NCBI GenBank assembly: GCA_964429275.1 | Contig: CAYSBJ010000001.1 | Coordinates: 327,776 to 391,775, forward strand | Reading direction: 5' to 3' | Source: an uncultured Pseudomonadota bacterium | Lineage (GTDB): Bacteria; Babelota; Babeliae; Babelales; JAUPTZ01 | Length of the DNA: 64,000 bases | Shown here: positions 40,276-49,630 of the stretch, one piece after another | Layout of the letters: each line of letters opens with the position of its first letter | Position numbering within the stretch: the stretch's first letter is position 1 | The notes under the pieces: model-generated | Seen by the model: the letters and a program-made list of their open reading frames with translations, nothing else | What the model was told of the DNA's origin: nothing | The model's database searches: none | Translations under genes and position numbers: made by a program

Positions 40276-42291
40276 CTAACCCCGCCGTTTAAACCTTTTT
40301 TCAAGCTCGAACAACGAAATTGGCCACATGGTTGGCCGTCCGTGAATACACATAAAGCGGTTGGGAGTGGCAAGGAGCTGGCGAACCAAATCTTCCATGA
40401 TTGGGATGCTCAATGCGTCGCCCGCTTTAACCGCAAGCTTGCAGGCCAAATGGCTGTGGACATGCTCATTGAGTTTTTGTCGAAACAGCTCCGGATCTAG
40501 ACGATCATGGGTGGCAATAAAGTCTGCCGCATCAAGCACAACGCTGGAGAGTGATTCCTTTTGGAGTTGTGGTGGGGCACTGGTAATGGTCAGGTGCAGT
40601 GGGCCTGTTTGCGCAAAGGCAATGCCTTGCGATGCAAAAAAGTCGCTTTCTGCTATGAGGGCTGCAACGGCTCGTTCATTTTCTAGGAGAATAGTCTCAG
40701 GGAAAAGGAGTTGTGTTCCCTCTTTGTTAGTGAATTTGGTGGTGAACTGATGGTACAGCACCCGTTCATGCGCGGCATGCTGGTCAATGATGATGAATTC
40801 TTCATCGAGCTCGACAAGGATGTAGGTATTAAAAATTTGCCCTACCAGCCGCGCTCCGCTCGCCTCCAATAGTACGGCGTGGCTTGCCTTAGACCCCTGG
40901 TGGTTCGTGGTGACAATTGCGCTAGCGGGTTGTTCGTCATCCGCCGTTGGCCTGTCGTCTCGAAGGCCGTCATTGCGAGGAGCCATTGGCGACGAAGCAA
41001 TCCATTCTGGTCTTTCTGGTATCTGCAGTGAAATTTGTTGATTTATGGATTGCCACGCTTCGCTCGCAATGACAGGGGGCTGTAGCCCCCCTGTGAACGA
41101 AGTTTGAAATGGTAAGGAGTGGTAGTGGCTGACCATGACGGTTGCTCTCGCGGAAGGTACGTCATTAGTTGCCTTTCTTTCAGGGTTTTCTTCTCCATAT
41201 TCTGGGCTATGATGGGCACGAAGACGTACTGCGTCTTCGTCATTGCGAGGAGTCATAGGCGACGCGGCAATCCATTTTGCATCTAACCTACTCACCGCTG
41301 CCTCAAGCGCACTCGTAATTCCTTTTTGAATGCAGGTAGTAACCACCCCTGGTTTGGTAAAGCGGACCTCTTCTTTGCGGGGATGTATGTTAACGTCAAC
41401 CGTTGCCGGATCAATGGTAATAGCAAGAAATGCGGCTGGATATTTTCCTGGCGGGAGTGATTGGAGGTAGCCCTTGGTAATTGCTCGGGTGATGTCGCTG
41501 TTTTTGACGAGGCGATTATTTACCCAGAACATGATGAGGTCTTTGCCGTATCGCGCATATGGCGGTAGCGATATAAGGCCTTCCACTGCAATCTCGCGAT
41601 CATTAAAAGTCAGCTGGGTTAGTTGTGCGGAGAGCGTGTGGTTCCACAGTTGGGTAATGCGATCTTTGAGTGTGGTTACTGCTGGGGCTTCGATTGCGCG
41701 TTCCCCATCTTTGTAGAGCATAAAGCTCACGTTTAGGTGTGTGAGGGCGATGCCATGGACAACCGCTTGAATTTGATTCCACTCCGTTTCATCTTGTTTT
41801 AAAAACGTCTTACGGACTGGCAAGGTGCCAAAAAGATCTTTAATAACAATACTAGTACCGGCTGGACAGGCTGTTTCTCTGCTGCCTTGATAGAGGCCGT
41901 GATGATAACTGATCTGGGTGCCGAGGAGCGGTTCATCCTGCTCCTTGGTAGTGAGAGAGACACTGCCAACGGCGGCAATGCTGGCCAGTGCTTCGCCGCG
42001 AAAACCAAAAGTTTCAAGACTGGTTAGCTGGTCGACATTTGTCAGTTTACTGGTGGCATGGCGTGCAAAGCAGCGCTCTGCATCCAAGGCACTCATGCCG
42101 CATCCGTTGTCGGCAACAGAAATGAGTTGCTTGCCTGCTTTTTCGATGCGGACGGTAATGGTCGTTGCCCCCGCATCGATGCTGTTTTCGATGAGCTCTT
42201 TAACGATGTTTGCGGGGCGTTCGATCACTTCGCCGGCGGCAATTTGTTGTGCTTGTAGTGGATCAAGAAGATGGATTTTTTGTGTTTTCAT
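40276..42291 (-). CDS. mutL: DNA mismatch repair protein MutL (linker contains three palindromic repeats)
   Basis: IAAGEVIERP, KELIENSIDAG, HATSK, GFRGEALASI, DVNIHP, DQHAAHER, ACK, CIHGRP. Confidence 0.97.
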   Translation of the reverse strand: MKTQKIHLLDPLQAQQIAAGEVIERPANIVKELIENSIDAGATTITVRIEKAGKQLISVADNGCGMSALDAERCFARHATSKLTNVDQLTSLETFGFRGEALASIAAVGSVSLTTKEQDEPLLGTQISYHHGLYQGSRETACPAGTSIVIKDLFGTLPVRKTFLKQDETEWNQIQAVVHGIALTHLNVSFMLYKDGERAIEAPAVTTLKDRITQLWNHTLSAQLTQLTFNDREIAVEGLISLPPYARYGKDLIMFWVNNRLVKNSDITRAITKGYLQSLPPGKYPAAFLAITIDPATVDVNIHPRKEEVRFTKPGVVTTCIQKGITSALEAAVSRLDAKWIAASPMTPRNDEDAVRLRAHHSPEYGEENPERKATNDVPSARATVMVSHYHSLPFQTSFTGGLQPPVIASEAWQSINQQISLQIPERPEWIASSPMAPRNDGLRDDRPTADDEQPASAIVTTNHQGSKASHAVLLEASGARLVGQIFNTYILVELDEEFIIIDQHAAHERVLYHQFTTKFTNKEGTQLLFPETILLENERAVAALIAESDFFASQGIAFAQTGPLHLTITSAPPQLQKESLSSVVLDAADFIATHDRLDPELFRQKLNEHVHSHLACKLAVKAGDALSIPIMEDLVRQLLATPNRFMCIHGRPTMWPISLFELEKRFKRRG
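40968..41274. repeat. Three repeat copies inside mutL: doublet 40968-41004/41046-41074 and single 41238-41274
   Basis: Translated as WIASSPMAPRNDG, VIASEAWQS and WIAASPMTPRNDE. Confidence 0.9.
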
Positions 42292-44281
42292 GTTGGGCAG
42301 TATACGAACTTTGTGTAAGGCTGTCACGATATGAAGCAGCAAAAGAGCCGTACTTAGCATACAAACGGGCGTGCGTATTGAGCGATACTTTGGTCAGTGG
42401 CAGCGCATCTGGCAGTGCGTCTGCCATCTTGAGCGGGCGCTGGTAGGTGGCCTTGTATGCCTGCATACTTCCGTCTTGGTATGGCTCCCTAAATAAACAG
42501 GTGGTTTTGTGTATACCGATGATAATGAGAACATTTTGCAGTGTGATGCGCGGTGTTTCAAGGGGCGTGTTGCGCGAGGAGAACCAGCGGCTTACCGTGC
42601 TGGTAATGTTTTCCCACCAAGATGGCAGCGGGGCGGTAAAGTGCTTGGTTAGGTCATTGTTGACGGTGAGCTGGTCAATCAGCAGGACTTTGGTGCTTTT
42701 TTGCTTGCTCATCTGGATGAAGCTATGCGTGATAAAGTCTTTGAGGCCAAGGTCATGGAGAGTCAGTGCGGTGAGGTGATGCAGTGCATTGCCGGGAATA
42801 AGGGAGATGATCGCCGGAGAAACAAAGTTTGAATGGTGGGCTTCCGTGCTCCGATGCAATTTTTGGTAGGGGTGCATCTCGATTGGAGTGCGAATATATG
42901 ATGGGGCTAGTAGTAGAGCCCGTTCACCACGGACTATGAAGGCGGCGCCGGTCCGCTGACCGTATACATCATCTTGGGGTGAAAAAACACTAATGCCGGC
43001 TCGGGTTGCATGAGGGTGGAGACTGGTATTTGGCTGTGTGTTTACATTGATAGGGGTTGGCGTGGTTTGCCCGGGTAACAGGAGTAGGGGGGTATTACTT
43101 AACGCATGAGTATCACTGGGGGTAGCAATAGTTGGAGTTACTGGTTGGAGAATGGCTGGCCAGGATTCTTCATACTGCTCGAGGGCGGTAAAAAACTTAT
43201 TAAGGTTTACGTCTATGGCTATTTTTATGGTTGAGGACTGATTGAGTTCTTTGTATGGCATCAAAATGTGAACTGGCGCATCTCCCAGGGCTCCGACGAC
43301 CAAGGGAAAGTGGAGATTCAGCCCTTGGTGGGCAACCTGGTTGCTGGTTGCTCGGGCGTGGTAGAGGTCGAACAGGTTTTGCCCGCCGCTGTAGCAGCTT
43401 TGATAATAAAAACAGTTTATGTACAGGTTATTGTTGCACCAGGAAAGGAATTGAGTAAATTGCTCAGAGGGTAGACCACAAATACTTCCTTGGTGTGTGC
43501 CATGGCCGGTCATGTAGATATTCCAGTAGAGGCTGAGGAGGGTTTGTGTTTTTGTTTTGGGAACAAAGAGCGATTCAAAGTGTTTGAGGGAGAAGCTGGA
43601 CCGTTTGTACAAATGCTTTGCCTGACTCAAAAGGGTTGCTAGTCCTTCAGGACTTTCGGCCAAAGCGATTTGTTTGCATTTTGTCAGCTGGAGTCCCGTT
43701 GCCTCCGTTAGTACCTCTGTTTTGACCGTTTCAGCATCACCTGAGGCAATGCTTGGTCGCGGCAGGAGCCCAGCGTGTTCATCGAGATAGGCAGTCGGAA
43801 TAAGTATGATCAAGCTGGCATCAGGATGATACCAACACTGCCAAAGTTCTGGGGTCAGTTCCTGCTGCCAAAGGTAAAAGTGATACATGAGGCTCGGGTC
43901 GCTTTTGAGGAGGGCATTGATCTGGGTAAGCCCTTGCTGGGTTGGTATTTCTCGGTATGCCTGCCAGTTCTTGAGCAGCAGAGAGGCGAGTGATCCTGGC
44001 TTGGTTAGCTCAGTGGCAAACCAGTGCTTGCGAAACAGCAGGTTTTGCCAGATGGCAGGGCTGAGGATGATGATGCCAGCCTGTTGCGTGAGGGCCGTGG
44101 CAGCGCGGAGAGTGACCGCTCCAACCTCTTTTTTAGATGGATTTTCGCTTCCCAGGCTTCCGGTTTCATGGAGCATGAGGAGGAGCCGCCCGAATGGGAG
44201 GGCGGTTGGAGTATCCATCGTGGCCTGAGTTGGGACAATTGAGGCCGCGAAAAGAAAAAAATACAGCATTATATATTTCAT
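42263..44281 (-). CDS. Exported protein with putative caspase-hemoglobinase (clan CD) protease dyad
   Basis: Signal peptide MKYIMLYFFLFAASIVPTQA; WNIYMTGHG...CFYYQSCYSGG. Start reassigned from 44608. Confidence 0.6.
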   Translation of the reverse strand: MKYIMLYFFLFAASIVPTQATMDTPTALPFGRLLLMLHETGSLGSENPSKKEVGAVTLRAATALTQQAGIIILSPAIWQNLLFRKHWFATELTKPGSLASLLLKNWQAYREIPTQQGLTQINALLKSDPSLMYHFYLWQQELTPELWQCWYHPDASLIILIPTAYLDEHAGLLPRPSIASGDAETVKTEVLTEATGLQLTKCKQIALAESPEGLATLLSQAKHLYKRSSFSLKHFESLFVPKTKTQTLLSLYWNIYMTGHGTHQGSICGLPSEQFTQFLSWCNNNLYINCFYYQSCYSGGQNLFDLYHARATSNQVAHQGLNLHFPLVVGALGDAPVHILMPYKELNQSSTIKIAIDVNLNKFFTALEQYEESWPAILQPVTPTIATPSDTHALSNTPLLLLPGQTTPTPINVNTQPNTSLHPHATRAGISVFSPQDDVYGQRTGAAFIVRGERALLLAPSYIRTPIEMHPYQKLHRSTEAHHSNFVSPAIISLIPGNALHHLTALTLHDLGLKDFITHSFIQMSKQKSTKVLLIDQLTVNNDLTKHFTAPLPSWWENITSTVSRWFSSRNTPLETPRITLQNVLIIIGIHKTTCLFREPYQDGSMQAYKATYQRPLKMADALPDALPLTKVSLNTHARLYAKYGSFAASYRDSLTQSSYTAQHENTKNPSS

Positions 44282-44498
44282 TACGGCCGCCTTGGTAAAA
44301 ACTGTTAAAAGAGGTGTGGGAGCCAGTTTGCCACTATCGTATGCGGCCGCGCAAGTGTTTAAAAATGTGCGGCTGGGGCGCCCTTTTGATTTTACTGCAT
44401 GGAAATTTTGTGAAAACTGTGTAAAATGGTAATACGTGTTTGGTAAAATACATCTGAGTAAAAATTTTAATGTCATATCGCACACCTCCGGGGGAAGA

Positions 44499-46838
44499 AT
44501 GAAAAACAAACTACTATTGCTTACTTTTTTTATCGCGCTTGGCGGTTTTGCAAGCGCTAATGACGTTTCTAGTGCCGAGGGTCCACGGTTTTCTTCTCGC
44601 ATACTCATAAAGCCGGGTAGGACGAAGCATTCTGCCCCTGTTGTTGAGTTAGGTAGCTTGGATGATATGGATAAAAAGCGTGTGATGGCCGTTTTTGCTG
44701 TAGCTAGAGGTGATCGAAACTATGCAGCAATCAAGCCTGCTCTGGAACAGTATGAAATCGAGATTCCTGAGGTAAAATCAGCTGAACAATTTAGAGCCGT
44801 GCTAAGTGCGCTTGAAGAATCAAGCGGAAAAGAAGTTGCGGATTTAGATCCTTCAGCGGTTGGCGAAGCCAAACTGATGATTGATGCCGCGCGCAGAGAG
44901 ATGACTTCTTCTGATTCGGCTACTGCTGTTCCTGGTGGTATTGTAGTCGGAAAGGCTCTAAAAAAGCCGCTCTCAGCGCGTAAAAAACCTCTTTCTCCTG
45001 CTGAGTTGTTCAAAGCCGAAAAAGACCGCCAAGATCTTCGTGTCCGTGAGCGTGCGCGCAAAAATAGCCGACTAGTAATTGAAGCTCCTGTGTCTGCGAA
45101 TGTTGGCGGGCGACAGATGATTTCTCGTGCGGAGTTGGCAGACAAAAAACGCGATGAAAGGGCGGCCCGTGCAGACGCCGAGCGCGCTACCAAAGCAGCA
45201 CAAGAGCTGCGGAACGAGGAGATTGAAATCCTTCCTTCGTCAGCACAAATGGTCAGAGGGAGGAAGCATGATCTGCGCAGTGAGGCAGTTGTGAAAAATT
45301 CGCGTAGGTCAAAGAGCAAGGCTTCTGCCCGAAAAGCATTGACAGATGATGGTTTTGTTATTCCAGAACCTCCGCTTTGGCCTAAAAAAGATCGAGGCAA
45401 TGCGCGCCCTTCTGGTGCAGCAGCATTAGAAGCGTCTTCTCGGCGGGCTGCTGACAGGGTCGATCAGAACCGTTATTTTGTAGCTACCATTCAATCTGCT
45501 ATCCAGGACGCAAAAGCTGCTAGTGTTGCAGCTGCAAGCAATTCTAAGGACAGGCAAGCTGCAAGTGTGGCAAGAAAGAAAGTGAATTCTCTTTATGAAG
45601 AGTATCTTGTTGCAAATCTCGATTCGAAAGAAGACATTTTGCTTGCGCAAGCTGATGCGATCAAGAGTATAGATCTTGCTGGCGCGGAAGAAGCTTTGCG
45701 TTTGGCAAGTGATCGTGTTGATGCCGCACGGACCGAAGTACTCGATGCCCTGGTACAGCAAGAAGATATTGTTGGTGGTCAGCCAGGTGCTAAGGCAGTT
45801 CGTCATGCAAGGCGTGTGAGCAGTAAGTCTCTGGCCGATGCTGAAAAGGCTCTTGCGGAAGCGGAGAGAGATTATGCGAGAAAAGAAAAGCGTGTCTCTG
45901 TGCTGCTTGAAGTGAATTCTGTTGATGAGAAGCCAGTCATTGTAAACGTGGTTAAAGTTGTCACAGACAACGAAGTAAGGTATGAATTTAGCGGGATTGA
46001 GCGATTGAGCCACGCCCAGCGTGAGACAATTTTGAACTTTGCAGTCGCAAATGAAGCGGAATTTGTGGACGAATGTGCTCTGAAGAATATTCAACTTTTG
46101 TTTCCAAGCGATGCTTCTGAGGGTCAGAAAAAATCTATTCGATGGGCGTTAAAGAAGGAAATCCAAAAAACGGCGACAGAAGTTAGCTCTACGGCCAAAG
46201 AAGCAGCTCGTGCGAAGAGATATCAGGAAAAGCAGGCGGAAAAAGCTGCAAAAGAAAAAGAGCTAAATGAAGCGATGCTTCGTTCTCATCGGGCAATTGC
46301 AGATAAGGGGATTCTTTCACTGGCCGATGCTCGCCAGTTAAGAGCCGAGGCTCTTGCAGGAGCCAGGATTGATTTTAAAAATGAAGAATATCGCAAAAAA
46401 CGTATAGCAAAAGAGGCGAAAAAAGGTGGTGTTTCTACCGTAACTCAAGCATCAATTGATCAAGAAGCCGCCGTGACACCAAATACTCTTGAAGCTCCAA
46501 AGGATCAAAATCCTACAGCAATAACTCAATCTGCGGTGACTGAAAATAAAGAATGGTCTGCAGGCAAGTTAGCCGGCATTGGTGCAACCGGACTCGGTAT
46601 GGCATTTGTATTGGTGGCCAAGGAGATTACAAACCCTGTTGCTCGTGAGAGATTTACAAGTGCTGCTCGTAAGCTTGTCTCTGGTCCTCAACGAACAAAG
46701 ATGACGATGGCTGATACGAAAGCTCTGGTGCGCGGATTTGTGGCTGCTGGTCTTACGGTTGCAAGTGCATGGATGTTGATTAAAGCGGTAAGTCGTGCGT
46801 CTAAGAATCGCAATCGCGGTACAGCACGTACTGAGTAA
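44499..46838 (+). CDS. Exported protein with C-terminal two-helix membrane anchor (array member 1)
   Basis: Signal peptide MKNKLLLLTFFIALGGFASA, charged helical body, KEWS-TM-basic-TM tail; GGGGG RBS. Confidence 0.75.
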   Translation: MKNKLLLLTFFIALGGFASANDVSSAEGPRFSSRILIKPGRTKHSAPVVELGSLDDMDKKRVMAVFAVARGDRNYAAIKPALEQYEIEIPEVKSAEQFRAVLSALEESSGKEVADLDPSAVGEAKLMIDAARREMTSSDSATAVPGGIVVGKALKKPLSARKKPLSPAELFKAEKDRQDLRVRERARKNSRLVIEAPVSANVGGRQMISRAELADKKRDERAARADAERATKAAQELRNEEIEILPSSAQMVRGRKHDLRSEAVVKNSRRSKSKASARKALTDDGFVIPEPPLWPKKDRGNARPSGAAALEASSRRAADRVDQNRYFVATIQSAIQDAKAASVAAASNSKDRQAASVARKKVNSLYEEYLVANLDSKEDILLAQADAIKSIDLAGAEEALRLASDRVDAARTEVLDALVQQEDIVGGQPGAKAVRHARRVSSKSLADAEKALAEAERDYARKEKRVSVLLEVNSVDEKPVIVNVVKVVTDNEVRYEFSGIERLSHAQRETILNFAVANEAEFVDECALKNIQLLFPSDASEGQKKSIRWALKKEIQKTATEVSSTAKEAARAKRYQEKQAEKAAKEKELNEAMLRSHRAIADKGILSLADARQLRAEALAGARIDFKNEEYRKKRIAKEAKKGGVSTVTQASIDQEAAVTPNTLEAPKDQNPTAITQSAVTENKEWSAGKLAGIGATGLGMAFVLVAKEITNPVARERFTSAARKLVSGPQRTKMTMADTKALVRGFVAAGLTVASAWMLIKAVSRASKNRNRGTARTE

Positions 46839-46867
46839 GACTTGAAACTTAAGAATTAAAAAGATGG

Positions 46868-46894
46868 GGGCGGCTAGAAATGGCCGCCCTTTTT
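46868..46894 (+). terminator. Intrinsic terminator
   Basis: GGGCGGCTA-GAAA-TGGCCGCCC-TTTTT. Confidence 0.8.
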
Positions 46895-47030
46895 CTACGA
46901 TGCCACATCATGAAATCCTTCTAAAACAGCGGCGCTGATGCCATTTTTCTGAGAGTAGTGTAAATTGGTCCCTCAAGTTTGGTACACTCTATCTGTGCTA
47001 TTAAAATATTTTTCTTATGCGGGGGCATGT

Positions 47031-49460
47031 ATGAAGCGGTCAATGTTGTTTTTGTTTCTAGTGGTTTTGGGTGTGTCGCTCTCCGCAAGTTCTGATGATG
47101 TGTCGGTAGTAAGTTCTGTTATTCCTGGGTCGCCAGCAAGAAAGCTTGTTCAAAGGGCCACGCGGACAGCCCCTAAGTCAATGAATGCTGCTGAGGAATC
47201 GAAGAGTGATAGCGATGATGACGACAAACTTCTTGATATTGTCCGTTTTCGCGCATCAATGACTCCAGAAAAAGCAAAGAAGATTGCGCCGGATGTTGCG
47301 CCAAATGTAAGCGGCAGAGCTCAACAAGTGATGGTTCCCGAGCCTTTAGTGCCGTCAAGCATTGCTCCTGAGGTGAAGGATGATGCGATTGTTGTTAGCC
47401 AACCACGTAAGCGTCGTCCTACTCGTATCGGCCTTAAGCTCAGTAATAAAGATGCAAGCTATAGATTTACAGGCTTGGAAGGTTTGACTCTTGATCAACG
47501 AAATGTAATTTCCACGGCATTCTCTTCTTATGCGCCACAGCAGTGGCGTGACTCAGGGAGTTGGGGGAGTGTCTTAACAGCGTTGGAAGAGGCGGGGATT
47601 GCGCTTAGTGACACGGCGAAGAGCTATCTATCGGAGTATAAAAGAGCAAAAGTGGCGCTGTTGCAGCAAATTAATTCTACTTCTGGGGAAGATGTGGCTC
47701 GTGGCGGTGAGCGCTTCGTCCCTGAGGTTGAGGAGCGCCACGTAGAGCCTGTTGAGAGCGTGCCGACAGCTGCAGACGTAGTTGTCGCATCGACGGTTTC
47801 GCCAGTAATTGCGGCAGTAGTAGATAATATTATTCCCGACGATACTAGACGAGCTATTTCTGTTGGCACCTTTGGAAGTGGTGATCGTCTCCGCTTTAAC
47901 CTAAAATCTTTGAATTTAAATCAGCGTCGTGCTTTCGATGCAGCATTGAAAGAGGCTAATCCGCTACAAGTACTTTCAGATGCCGGATTTACATTAACTC
48001 ATAAAGCAAAAAAAATTATAAAAAAAACAATGGCGGCTCAAGGTGTGGAATCACGCAGTGTTTTTGCTCCGGTTTTACTGCCGCATTCTCTTTCTGATTC
48101 GCCTGCGATGGATGATGGCGTCTCAGGCTCTTCTCTTCTTATGCAGCCGCAAACGGGCGCTGACACGGTTCTTTCTGGGTTGGGTATTTCGCAGGATGAA
48201 GGCTTTAGGTTGGCGCAGCAGCTTTTTGCTGTTCAGCCAACGGGCGGCGAAGTGGTGCAGCCATTAGCTGGCGTGCGCTTTTCTAAAGAGCAATATGCGG
48301 CATTAGGGGCGTTGTTCAATTATTTAAAGATGGAGCAGGAGCGTGCTGTGCGCGAAGGAGCTCTTGTTGAAACAGGTCAGGCTGCTGTGTATGAGCTACC
48401 TGTGATTCGATTGGTAGCCACTGATGGTAAAACGTTTACTTTGGCAGGCTTAAATCCAATCAGTGCGAAATGGCTCAACACAACCTTGGTCAACTTCGGT
48501 CGACTTGAAGAGCAATCTCACCAAGCTGCGTTAGTTGGTTATAGGGGCCAGGCTCCTGTTGCTGTTCAGTCACCACTGGCGCTTGAAGATGGTTCTTCTT
48601 CAGTAAATAGCTCATTACCGCTGTCCATTCCTCGCCCGATCTCTGGAGCCTTTAGGGAATTTATTTATCCTCAGATGACTTCTGAAGAACAAGCGAGGGT
48701 TAATGACCATGCGCCACATCTTCTTGCAGTAGATAGTCAAGAACCGGAAGAAGAAGTGTCTGCCTCACCTGCAGCGGAAAAAGATAATTTTGAGCAATCA
48801 GTTTTGAGCGATAAAGGTGTTCTTAGTGCTAACGTAGCGACTGAGCCGGAAAACTCTAAAGAAGCAGTAGTGCTTCCATTTGATTTGGCACCTGGTTTTG
48901 AAACCTCGCCGTCAGTACTGCGTCCTATTAAAGAGTGGGGTAATGCTGACCAGGATTCTTTTAAAGACGCAGCATCTCAATCAAACTCTCCAACAAACGT
49001 AACTGCTCCTGGACTTGATGATGTTGTTTCTGGTGGTAATGAGCCAAATTCTGCGAAGCCTAACGATGTTGCTGATGTCACTGCGGTGGATAATAACGTC
49101 GGGAATAACGCTAATGCTGGCGATAAGACGCCACCGGTTTTGACCAATGATGCTATAAGCACAATGCAGTCGGAGAAGAAAGATTATAGCAAGTGGGAAG
49201 TAGGCGGCGGTGCTCTTGGTTTGGCTCTTGCGACCGCAATCTTCAAGAGTGTGTCGCCAGCAGAACGCGGTGCACTGTTTTCCCGCTTGAAGTCTCGGTT
49301 TACGCCCTTAAAGTCGGACACACCGTTGACGCGCAAGGAAAAATGGGCGGCTCTGCGTGTGCTTGGCGCTTTGGCAGCGGCAGCAGTCGCTACGGTTGCG
49401 ACTGGTCATGGCCTTTACACCATGGCGACGAAAAAGAATGAGGCAGCGGCGGGTAACTAA
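47031..49460 (+). CDS. Exported low-complexity protein with C-terminal two-helix anchor (array member 2)
   Basis: Signal peptide MKRSMLFLFLVVLGVSLSA; KDYS-TM-basic-TM tail. Confidence 0.78.
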   Translation: MKRSMLFLFLVVLGVSLSASSDDVSVVSSVIPGSPARKLVQRATRTAPKSMNAAEESKSDSDDDDKLLDIVRFRASMTPEKAKKIAPDVAPNVSGRAQQVMVPEPLVPSSIAPEVKDDAIVVSQPRKRRPTRIGLKLSNKDASYRFTGLEGLTLDQRNVISTAFSSYAPQQWRDSGSWGSVLTALEEAGIALSDTAKSYLSEYKRAKVALLQQINSTSGEDVARGGERFVPEVEERHVEPVESVPTAADVVVASTVSPVIAAVVDNIIPDDTRRAISVGTFGSGDRLRFNLKSLNLNQRRAFDAALKEANPLQVLSDAGFTLTHKAKKIIKKTMAAQGVESRSVFAPVLLPHSLSDSPAMDDGVSGSSLLMQPQTGADTVLSGLGISQDEGFRLAQQLFAVQPTGGEVVQPLAGVRFSKEQYAALGALFNYLKMEQERAVREGALVETGQAAVYELPVIRLVATDGKTFTLAGLNPISAKWLNTTLVNFGRLEEQSHQAALVGYRGQAPVAVQSPLALEDGSSSVNSSLPLSIPRPISGAFREFIYPQMTSEEQARVNDHAPHLLAVDSQEPEEEVSASPAAEKDNFEQSVLSDKGVLSANVATEPENSKEAVVLPFDLAPGFETSPSVLRPIKEWGNADQDSFKDAASQSNSPTNVTAPGLDDVVSGGNEPNSAKPNDVADVTAVDNNVGNNANAGDKTPPVLTNDAISTMQSEKKDYSKWEVGGGALGLALATAIFKSVSPAERGALFSRLKSRFTPLKSDTPLTRKEKWAALRVLGALAAAAVATVATGHGLYTMATKKNEAAAGN
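48831..49460 (+). repeat. About 630-bp near-identical direct repeat, copy 1 (copy 2 at 51602-52231)
   Basis: Constant offset 2771; the core appears identical by eye, with substitutions only near the ends. Confidence 0.92.
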
Positions 49461-49493
49461 TATCTCCCTAGTTTTTTGATGCACAAGGTTTAC

Positions 49494-49528
49494 ATAGGCC
49501 ATTTCCGGCAGCGGGAGTGGCCTATTTT
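49494..49528 (+). terminator. Intrinsic terminator (homologous to the one at 52264)
   Basis: ATAGGCCATTTCC...GGGAGTGGCCTAT-TTT. Confidence 0.75.
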
Positions 49529-49630
49529 GCGTGTGTAGCTACCATTTTTTTGAAAATGGTGTAAATTAGTTGTTCAAGTTTGATAGACTCTATTTGTGCT
49601 ATTGAAATATTTTTCTACTGCGGGGGCATT

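Noticed and set aside
44282..44608. N-terminal extension of the 781-aa ORF overlapping array member 1
   Set aside because: Signal peptides begin at 44281 (minus) and 44499 (plus); the extensions are open frames through the intergenic region.
44720..46094. Two 220-aa minus-strand ORFs
   Set aside because: Antisense shadows of array member 1.
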